DNA of 32,000 nucleotides, taken from the NCBI RefSeq assembly GCF_900187275.1, contig NZ_LT906458.1:480001-512000 (forward strand), given 5' to 3'. The notes beneath the pieces are model-generated. The model did no database searches. It saw only the letters and a list, made by a program, of their open reading frames with translations, and had not been told where the DNA came from. Origin of the DNA: Pasteurella multocida. GTDB taxonomy: Bacteria > Pseudomonadota > Gammaproteobacteria > Enterobacterales > Pasteurellaceae. This document shows positions 24,503-32,000 of the stretch, one piece after another. Position numbers and translations under genes: made by a program. Each line of letters starts with the position of its first letter. The first letter of the stretch is position 1.

Positions 24503-27500
24503 ATGATGGATACAGCTGTTCTCAACCCCGTAACTCTACCGTTAAATAAAGTGTGTTTGATTGAAGCCTCCGCAGGGACAGGGAAAACCTATACGATTGG
24601 TTCGCTTTATTTGCGCTTATTATTGCAAGCCGGGGAAAACAGCTTTTCCCAGCCGTTAACGGTTGAACAGATTTTAGTGGTCACTTTTACGGAAGCCGCG
24701 ACAGAAGAACTGAAAGGGCGAATTCGAGAGCGTATTCATCAAGCCAAAAAAGCCTTGATCGCGTATCAAGAGCAAGGTGAACAAGCCTTGCAAGATGATC
24801 CTTTTTTGTTAGCATGTCTTGCTTCAATTTCCGATCTTGATCTGGCGATTCAACGTTTAACTATCGCAGAACAGACCATGGATCTTGCGGCGATTTATAC
24901 GATTCATGGTTTTTGTCGTCGTATGTTGATGCAATATGCCTTTCATTCGCGAGTTCATTTCAATCTTACTTTAAACAAAGATGAAACAGCGTTACTTGAG
25001 CGTTTGTTTAAAGCGTTTTGGCGTGAACATTTTTATTCACAGCCGTTTTTGGTTGCCAATTATATTCACCAAACGCTAGGTTCCCCCCAAGCAGTATTTT
25101 CTGAGCTACGCCAATATATTGCACAAGATTTACAGGTTGAACCGGCATATCAAGCGTGGCTGGCGATGCCATTGCAAGATTTTTTACAACAACATATCGC
25201 ACCACAACAACAAAATATCCAGCGATTAAAACAACAATGGCTTGCACAGGAAGCAGAAATTCAAGCATTGATATTGGCGGAGTTAGAGAAAACCTATCCG
25301 AAAGGGGAAAAGAAAAGACTCAAACGTACCACTTTTAAAAAGCCAAATGTCCTCAATTGGTTTAAAGTCATTCATGAGTGGGCAACCTCGCCATTGGTCA
25401 GTGGATTAAATGATAAGTTAAGTAAATATTTTAGCCAAAGTGCGTTAAATACTTACGCAGAAGAAGGGGCAACACCGTTGAGCCATCCTGTTTTTGCGTT
25501 AGTCGAAGAAGTCAATGCACAACTTGACGTTCAGCCTTTTTACGCAAAATTATTACGCTATTATTATTTACGTGGTGTGCAACAGACCTTGATTGCGTAT
25601 AAAGCGCAGCATACAGAGAAAAATTTTGACGATTTATTGCGTTTGTTACGTGACGCACTTTATTCAGCGCAAGGCGAAGAACTTGCACAGTTTATTCGCG
25701 TGCAGTATCCCTTTGCGATGATCGATGAGTTCCAAGACACCGATGCTCAGCAATATCATATTTTCTCCAAGATTTACTTGCACCAACAAACCACAGAAAA
25801 TGGTTTCATTATGATTGGCGATCCTAAGCAGGCCATTTACAAATTCCGTGGTGCGGATATTTTCACCTATTTTCAAGCGGCAGAACAAGCGGATGCTCGA
25901 TTTACATTAGGCACGAACTGGCGTTCGGAACAACGTTTAGTGAATGCTGTCAACAGTTTATTTCAGTTTGAACAAGGCTTACCTTTTTTATATCCGCAAA
26001 TTCAATTTCTGCCTGTCGCAGCTTGCCAAAATAAGCCAACATTCTGGTTAAATGGGCAACAAGAACCTCCATTCCGTTGTTATGTGGGGGATGTTGGGGT
26101 TGCCAAAAAAGCCAGTGGGAACCTGACTTCAGCCCAAAAGCAAACGTTAGCGACGATTTGTGCTCGTTCGATTCAACAGTGGTTACAAAGTGCGGTTCAA
26201 CATAACGCAATTTTTTATTCTGCCGAGGCAAAACAAGAGGAAGAAAAAAGACAACCTTTGCGCGCGGAAAAAATTGCAGTGTTGGTAAAAGATTGGAAAG
26301 AAGCGTCATTTGTCAGCGAGGCGTTACAAAAAGTAGGTATTGCGTCGGTTTATTTATCGGATAAAAGTAACGTATTTGATTGCCATGAGGCGAAAGAATT
26401 AGCCTTGATTTTAACCGCATGTTTACATCCTTTTAGTGAGCGCAATATTTTAAACGCCATTGCGACGCGTATTTTTGCCTTAACCACACGTGAAATCAGT
26501 GAGATTAAACAAGATGAGCAACGTTGGACACAGGTCGTTGAGCGATTTGTGAATTACCAACGGATTTGGCAATGGCAAGGGATTTTAGTGATGTTGCATC
26601 GCCTTTTCCTAGATGAAAAAATCATGGAAAAATTGTTAAGTCAAGTAGGCGGTGAGCGTCAAACAACGGATTTATTGCATCTTGCTGAATTGTTGCAAGA
26701 AGCGAGTACTTTGAATGAAAGTGCGGCGAGTTTATTGCGCTGGTTTGAGAAGCAAATTCAAGGTGAAAATCGCCAAGAGGAGCAACAAATTCGCTTGGAA
26801 AGTGAGCGTCAGCTTGTCAAAATTGTGACGATCCATAAGTCGAAAGGGTTGGAATATGATTTAGTCTGGTTACCATTTATTGCGGATGCACCAAAACCGA
26901 ATCGCGCGTTGCTTGATACTTATTACCATCACGAAAAACAGCAGGTACTTTGGGATCTCAACGAAACACATCAAACTGAGATTGAACAAGAACAACGTGC
27001 GGAAGCTATGCGTTTGTTTTATGTTGCCTTAACTCGCGCAAAATACCAAGTTGCTATGGCGCTACCTGAAACCTTTGTCAGTCATTGGAATTGCTTACAA
27101 TATGTGTTAACCCAAGGCGCAATGACACAAACTGATGTCCGTGCGGCACTGACTGCATTCCAGCAACGTGTTGTCTATCCCGATGTTAAGATTCAGGTGG
27201 AGGAATTTGAGGCATTACCGATTCATCTGAGCACTAGCATAAAAGAGAATAGCGCGGATCAGGTGCTACAATGTGCAGAATTTCATGGCAATATTGAACG
27301 TAATTGGCAAGTGACTAGCTTTAGCGCGATCAGTGCATTGCATGAAAAAACAATGCAGTTACTCACACAGGCAGAGGAAGAAAAAACGCCGGATGTGTCA
27401 TTCTTGCTCGATCATAAAGATTATGATGTTTCGTTAGGACGCAATGTTGCACTCGGACCTGTGGCGGAGATGGCGGGGTATAGCAAAGGCTATACGCCTT

Positions 27501-28195
27501 TTGATTTTCCAGCCGGTACAATGGTTGGTAAAGTACTGCACCGTTATTTTGAAAAATTCCCTTTAGATCAACCCGTGGACAGAGCAGCGGTGGCTCAAAT
27601 GTGTCAGGCATTGCAATTAGAGGAAACATGGCTTGAACCCTTGCAGACATGGCTCACAACCATTTTAAACACGCCATTATTACGCGAACACCCAGTAACT
27701 TTATCTGCTCTCAGCGCACAGGATTGCATAAAAGAAATGGAATTTTATTTGAAATTTGAGCATGAATTTCAAGCACATAAATTTAATCAATTGTTACAAA
27801 AATACCGTTTTATTTCAGCACCATTACAATTACACACCCTTAAACAAGGTATAAAAGGGTTGTTGCGTGGCTTTATTGATCTGGTTTTCCGCTATGATGG
27901 ACAGTATTATCTGTTGGATTATAAATCGAATAAATTGGGAACTTCTCCTTCGGACTATACACCCGCGCATTTACAGCAGGTCATGCTGGAACAACATTAT
28001 GACTGGCAGTATTTATTTTATACTTTGGCGCTACATCGTTATTTAACCTTGCGTGATCCTCATTATCAGTATGCAACCCATTTTGGTGGTGTCTTGTACA
28101 CCTTTTTACGTGGCATGAATGGAAAGGATCAACAGGGGATCTCTTTTCATAAGCCAGATGCTAATTTGATTCAAGAATTAGAGGAGCTTTTTTAA
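24503..28195 (+). CDS. recB: Exodeoxyribonuclease V subunit beta RecB
   Basis: LIEASAGTGKTYTIGSLYLRLLL..VVTFTEAATEELKGRIRERI..AIYKFRGADIFTYF..VTIHKSKGLEYDLVWLPFI. Nuclease motif YLLDYKSNKLG. 1230 aa. Confidence 0.97.
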   Translation: MMDTAVLNPVTLPLNKVCLIEASAGTGKTYTIGSLYLRLLLQAGENSFSQPLTVEQILVVTFTEAATEELKGRIRERIHQAKKALIAYQEQGEQALQDDPFLLACLASISDLDLAIQRLTIAEQTMDLAAIYTIHGFCRRMLMQYAFHSRVHFNLTLNKDETALLERLFKAFWREHFYSQPFLVANYIHQTLGSPQAVFSELRQYIAQDLQVEPAYQAWLAMPLQDFLQQHIAPQQQNIQRLKQQWLAQEAEIQALILAELEKTYPKGEKKRLKRTTFKKPNVLNWFKVIHEWATSPLVSGLNDKLSKYFSQSALNTYAEEGATPLSHPVFALVEEVNAQLDVQPFYAKLLRYYYLRGVQQTLIAYKAQHTEKNFDDLLRLLRDALYSAQGEELAQFIRVQYPFAMIDEFQDTDAQQYHIFSKIYLHQQTTENGFIMIGDPKQAIYKFRGADIFTYFQAAEQADARFTLGTNWRSEQRLVNAVNSLFQFEQGLPFLYPQIQFLPVAACQNKPTFWLNGQQEPPFRCYVGDVGVAKKASGNLTSAQKQTLATICARSIQQWLQSAVQHNAIFYSAEAKQEEEKRQPLRAEKIAVLVKDWKEASFVSEALQKVGIASVYLSDKSNVFDCHEAKELALILTACLHPFSERNILNAIATRIFALTTREISEIKQDEQRWTQVVERFVNYQRIWQWQGILVMLHRLFLDEKIMEKLLSQVGGERQTTDLLHLAELLQEASTLNESAASLLRWFEKQIQGENRQEEQQIRLESERQLVKIVTIHKSKGLEYDLVWLPFIADAPKPNRALLDTYYHHEKQQVLWDLNETHQTEIEQEQRAEAMRLFYVALTRAKYQVAMALPETFVSHWNCLQYVLTQGAMTQTDVRAALTAFQQRVVYPDVKIQVEEFEALPIHLSTSIKENSADQVLQCAEFHGNIERNWQVTSFSAISALHEKTMQLLTQAEEEKTPDVSFLLDHKDYDVSLGRNVALGPVAEMAGYSKGYTPFDFPAGTMVGKVLHRYFEKFPLDQPVDRAAVAQMCQALQLEETWLEPLQTWLTTILNTPLLREHPVTLSALSAQDCIKEMEFYLKFEHEFQAHKFNQLLQKYRFISAPLQLHTLKQGIKGLLRGFIDLVFRYDGQYYLLDYKSNKLGTSPSDYTPAHLQQVMLEQHYDWQYLFYTLALHRYLTLRDPHYQYATHFGGVLYTFLRGMNGKDQQGISFHKPDANLIQELEELF

Positions 28196-30168
28196 TGCTT
28201 GCTACCTTAAAAGAATTAAAACAACACAAGGTGATCAGTGAAGGAGATTACTACTTTGCGCAATTGATCGCGGGTAAGCAACCAGATGAACTGTCGCGGG
28301 AACAGAAAAATTTAGCCATATTGCTTGCCGCACTTTGTAGTTACAGCTATCAACAAGGCAATACTTGCTTATTTCTAGAGAAAGGGCTGGAATCTAATTA
28401 TTTTAATTTGGCTTATCGAACAGCAGAGCAGCATTATCTCCATATTATTCAAGAAAAAATTGCTTTTCTACCGATTGAATGTTGGCAATCAAGCTTGGCG
28501 GATCATATAGCGTTTACAGCAACGCCGCTGGAAAAAGTCGCCCCTTTAGTGTTTCAGTTTAATGCGCTTTATTTTTATCGTATCTGGCAAGATGAATACC
28601 GAGTTGCTCATTATCTTCAACGTGCAGTACAGCGGGGGGCTGAGACAGCGCCTATTGCTTATGAGCAAATCAACGCGATCTTAATGCACTATTTTCCTGC
28701 GGTACAGCAAATAGAAGGGGTGAATTGGCAAAAAGTAGCAGTAGCGACCGCGTTAAAACAACCATTTTGTTTGATTACAGGTGGTCCAGGAACAGGGAAA
28801 ACCACTACTGTCGCACGTTTACTCTTGGCGTTACAGACACTTTCTGCGTGTCAGCTTAAGATTAAGTTAGTTGCACCTACAGGCAAAGCGGCAGCACGCT
28901 TGACGGAGTCAATTAATGGTGCGTTAACGCGTTTAGCACAAGAAAATATGGCGATCTGTGCCGATTTAATTGCCTCTATTCCGACTACAGCGCAGACCTT
29001 ACATCGTTTATTGGGCATACGTTTTTTTGAAGAAACACCCACCTTTCATCCAAACAATCCATTGCCATTGGATGTATTGGTGGTCGATGAGGCGTCTATG
29101 ATTGACTTGCCATTAATGGCGAAATTATTACAGGCACTCAAACCGAATACCAAATTAATTTTGCTTGGAGATGAAAATCAATTGTCTCCTGTGGAAGCAG
29201 GGGAAATGTTGGGAGCGTTGTCTGAATTTTCTCAACACGCCTATAGTCCTACGTTAACCCAGTATTTAAAAGCAGTGGCGGATATTGAGTTAATTTCGTC
29301 AGATCAAGGTTCCCCGTTGCGTGATCATTTATGCCGTTTGCATCATAGTCATCGTTTTTCGGGGGATTCTGGGATTGGACAATTAGCGCAGGCGATTAAT
29401 CAAGGCAATGTTGAGGTAAGTTGGAACGCATTTACCCATTTTAATGATATCGAAATGGTGGATTTTGATCAGGTTGCCTTATTAAAAGGAGATAACCCGA
29501 GTTTATATAGCCAAGCGTGTGCAGCGTTAGTGGTAAAAAGTGCGGTTGAAAAATACACAGATTATTTAGTGAAACTGAAAGCATTACAACAACAGTCACC
29601 TATACTGAATGAACAACAAGTTGGAGAAATTTTTGTCTTGTTTAATGCGGTTCGTTTCTTAACAGCATTACGCGTTGGAGAGCTAGGGGTAGAACAGCTA
29701 AATCAGAAAATCGCGCAACGCTTACAACAAAAAGGCTTACTTGATTTTAAACACGAACGCGATTGGTATTTAGGTAAACCAATTATGATCCAGCAAAATG
29801 ATCGCCATATTGGCTTATATAATGGCGACATTGGCTTATTTTTAGGACAAGGTAAAGTCTGGTTTGAGCAGGGACAAGGGCATTATAAAACTGTGCTCGC
29901 TAGCCGTGTGCCAAACTATGAGACCGCGTTTGTGATGACGGTACATAAATCACAAGGGTCTGAGTTTGCGCACACGTGTTTGGTATTACCGACCGAACCT
30001 AACCCGATTTTATCACGTGAATTGATTTATACAGGCGTGACACGTGCGAAACAGCAATTAACCGTTTTTTCAAGTGCCGAAATTTGGAAAAGTGCGGTGA
30101 AAAATCCAGTAAAAAGACAAAGTGGCTTGAACCAATTGTTAGTTGAATTATTTAACAAATCTGATTAG
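28195..30168 (+). CDS. recD: Exodeoxyribonuclease V subunit alpha RecD
   Basis: FCLITGGPGTGKTTTVARLL..APTGKAAARLTESI..VVDEASMIDLPLMAKLL..VMTVHKSQGSEF. ATG overlaps the recB stop. Confidence 0.97.
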   Translation: MLATLKELKQHKVISEGDYYFAQLIAGKQPDELSREQKNLAILLAALCSYSYQQGNTCLFLEKGLESNYFNLAYRTAEQHYLHIIQEKIAFLPIECWQSSLADHIAFTATPLEKVAPLVFQFNALYFYRIWQDEYRVAHYLQRAVQRGAETAPIAYEQINAILMHYFPAVQQIEGVNWQKVAVATALKQPFCLITGGPGTGKTTTVARLLLALQTLSACQLKIKLVAPTGKAAARLTESINGALTRLAQENMAICADLIASIPTTAQTLHRLLGIRFFEETPTFHPNNPLPLDVLVVDEASMIDLPLMAKLLQALKPNTKLILLGDENQLSPVEAGEMLGALSEFSQHAYSPTLTQYLKAVADIELISSDQGSPLRDHLCRLHHSHRFSGDSGIGQLAQAINQGNVEVSWNAFTHFNDIEMVDFDQVALLKGDNPSLYSQACAALVVKSAVEKYTDYLVKLKALQQQSPILNEQQVGEIFVLFNAVRFLTALRVGELGVEQLNQKIAQRLQQKGLLDFKHERDWYLGKPIMIQQNDRHIGLYNGDIGLFLGQGKVWFEQGQGHYKTVLASRVPNYETAFVMTVHKSQGSEFAHTCLVLPTEPNPILSRELIYTGVTRAKQQLTVFSSAEIWKSAVKNPVKRQSGLNQLLVELFNKSD

Positions 30169-30204
30169 AGTAAACTATTTCATGTAAATTAAAAGGAGTA
30201 AAAA

Positions 30205-30852
30205 ATGGAACTCTATGTTTATGATCATTGCCCTTATTGTGTCCGTGCGATGATGATTTTTGGCTTAAAGAACATACCCTTCAAAAAACATGTTCTGTTA
30301 AATGATGATGAAGAAACCCCAATTCGTTTAGTGGGAAAAAAAATGGTGCCTATTTTAGTGAAAGAAGACGGTACTGCCATGCCAGAAAGCTTAGATATTG
30401 TGAAATACATTGACGCACATTACGGGGAAGCGATTTTACAGACAGCGGTTCGTCCAGAAATTGAGGCATTGTTAGCGGAAATCACGAGTTATTCTAATTA
30501 TTTATTGATGCCACGTTTCGTAAAACTGGACTTGGCGGAATTTGCTACGCAAAGTGCGATTGATTATTTCACCAAAAAGAAAACCGACTATGTGGGTGAT
30601 TTTACGCAACATTTCAATAATACGCCGACTTATCTTGCACGTTTAACACAAGATCTTGAAAAATTATCTGCGCTCGTAATGGGGGAAACTTCATTAAATC
30701 AGCATTTGTCATTCGAAGATATTTTAGTTTTTCCGTTGCTGAGAAACTTAACTTGTGTCAAAGGACTTCGCTTTCCTGCGCGCCTAGAAAAGTATATCAA
30801 ACGTTTGTCCGAATTGAGTAAAGTTGAACTCTACACTTCACAGGCAATTTAA
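30205..30852 (+). CDS. grxB: Glutaredoxin 2
   Basis: MELYVYDHCPYCVRAMMIFGLKNIPFKKHVLLNDDEETPIRLVGKKMVPILV. Confidence 0.93.
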   Translation: MELYVYDHCPYCVRAMMIFGLKNIPFKKHVLLNDDEETPIRLVGKKMVPILVKEDGTAMPESLDIVKYIDAHYGEAILQTAVRPEIEALLAEITSYSNYLLMPRFVKLDLAEFATQSAIDYFTKKKTDYVGDFTQHFNNTPTYLARLTQDLEKLSALVMGETSLNQHLSFEDILVFPLLRNLTCVKGLRFPARLEKYIKRLSELSKVELYTSQAI

Positions 30853-30942
30853 TTGGTTAAAAAGGTTGCAATTTTCGCCAAAAATTTTATTCTTGTTGAT
30901 GAGAATTTCGTCTCATGGGAACTTTATAAGAAGGAGAACAAT

Positions 30943-31287
30943 ATGGCATTAGGTTGGTATGAACTGAAATTGGCAAAAGATGGTCAATTTATGTTTAATT
31001 TAAAAGCTGCAAATAGCCAAGTGATTTTAACTAGCGAACTTTATCGTTCACGCTCTGCCGCTGAAAATGGCATTGCATCGGTCCAAAAAAATGGTCTTGA
31101 TGAAAAAAATTTTGAAGTCCGTGTTGCAAAAAACGATAAGCCTTATTTCGTTTTAAAAGCAAAAAATCATCAAGAAATTGGTCGTAGTCAATATTATTCC
31201 TCGTCCGTCTCTGCTAAAAAAGGGATTGTGTCAGTGACCAAAAATGCCGCTTCAACAGTCATTAAAGATTTGACAAGCGAAGCATAA
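30943..31287 (+). CDS. YegP-like DUF1508 family protein
   Basis: MALGWYELKLAKDGQFMFNLKAANSQVILTSELYRSRSAAENGIASVQKNG..SVSAKKGIVSV duplicated domain. Start at 30943 with an AGGAG RBS. Confidence 0.9.
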   Translation: MALGWYELKLAKDGQFMFNLKAANSQVILTSELYRSRSAAENGIASVQKNGLDEKNFEVRVAKNDKPYFVLKAKNHQEIGRSQYYSSSVSAKKGIVSVTKNAASTVIKDLTSEA

Positions 31288-31294
31288 GCCAATC

Positions 31295-31340
31295 AAACCG
31301 TTTGTGGTGAATCCGTAAGTCGCAGACGGTTTTCTTTTTT
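31295..31340 (+). terminator. Terminator-like hairpin after yegP-like gene
   Basis: aaaccgtttg...cagacggttttcttttttcc. Confidence 0.6.
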
Positions 31341-31383
31341 CCTTTCTCTTGCTTTTTCTGTGGCAAAATTTAACAAAAAGTAG

Positions 31384-31412
31384 TCGCTTTTCCTTTTTTT
31401 CTCGAGTATAAT
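31384..31412 (+). promoter_or_regulatory. Candidate sigma-70 promoter of rplM operon
   Basis: tcgctt-17 nt-TATAAT (31407-31412), about 155 nt upstream of the rplM ATG. Confidence 0.55.
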
Positions 31413-31564
31413 CTTGCGACCCTGTGAATGTACTGGATTTCCCACCAGACATTATTTTATCGAGATCACACTCGAAGGGGTGCTTGATTAAGATTCATGG
31501 TTGTGTTTATGGGTGAATAAACAACATAAACACTGGGTATTAATATTATTTTATTGGTAATTAA

Positions 31565-31996
<432 letters not shown>

Positions 31997-32000
31997 TCAC

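Noticed and set aside
25008-29042. ORFs inside recB/recD: 25008-25268(-), 25156-25338(+), 25664-25888(-), 25950-26309(-), 27363-27650(-), 28851-29042(-)
   Set aside because: Contained within two strongly supported long genes.
31252-31452. Minus-strand ORF across the yegP end and rplM promoter
   Set aside because: Overlaps the terminator and promoter region; translation looks non-coding (MSGGKSSTFTGSQDYTREKKEKRLLF).

Overview
The window looks like a Pasteurellaceae chromosome segment: AAGTGCGGT-type uptake signal sequences are frequent, and the housekeeping genes resemble Haemophilus/Pasteurella proteins. Species cannot be assigned from this alone. Conserved blocks: yqcC-like/truC/YoaH-like/cspD/matP/Lon-like/fabA/ybaK/usg-like (1-6650); an elyC/ydcF-like gene plus a six-gene lsg-like lipooligosaccharide/O-chain cluster (14.8-21.5 kb); then mltB, an NCS2 permease, a DsrE-like gene, recB, recD, grxB, a YegP-like gene and rplM (21.5-32 kb). 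The most interesting part is an AT-rich island at about 6690-14750. It contains no full-length toxin gene but holds about ten small immunity-like genes, all on the + strand. Most are directly preceded by decayed 3' ends of polymorphic-toxin (CDI/Rhs-type) C-terminal domains that the ORF track does not annotate. I recognise three LHH/HNH-type nuclease tails, each before a SMI1/KNR4 (SUKH) gene. There are two EndoU-type nuclease remnants next to a duplicated immunity gene. Two tails ending LSPDxMEILFKLGG precede twin lipoproteins. A 'GWRLDFDPEK..' tail and an 'EKTFKIGTLGGE' tail precede unique small ORFs. A short element that can form hairpins, '(c)tcgtgtccacacgagtgcggtttgattaaagcactcgtcaaaggcgag..', recurs about six times in the same orientation between modules. 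I interpret the island as an orphan toxin-tail/immunity array whose carrier gene is absent from the window. This is inference and needs the homology searches named below.
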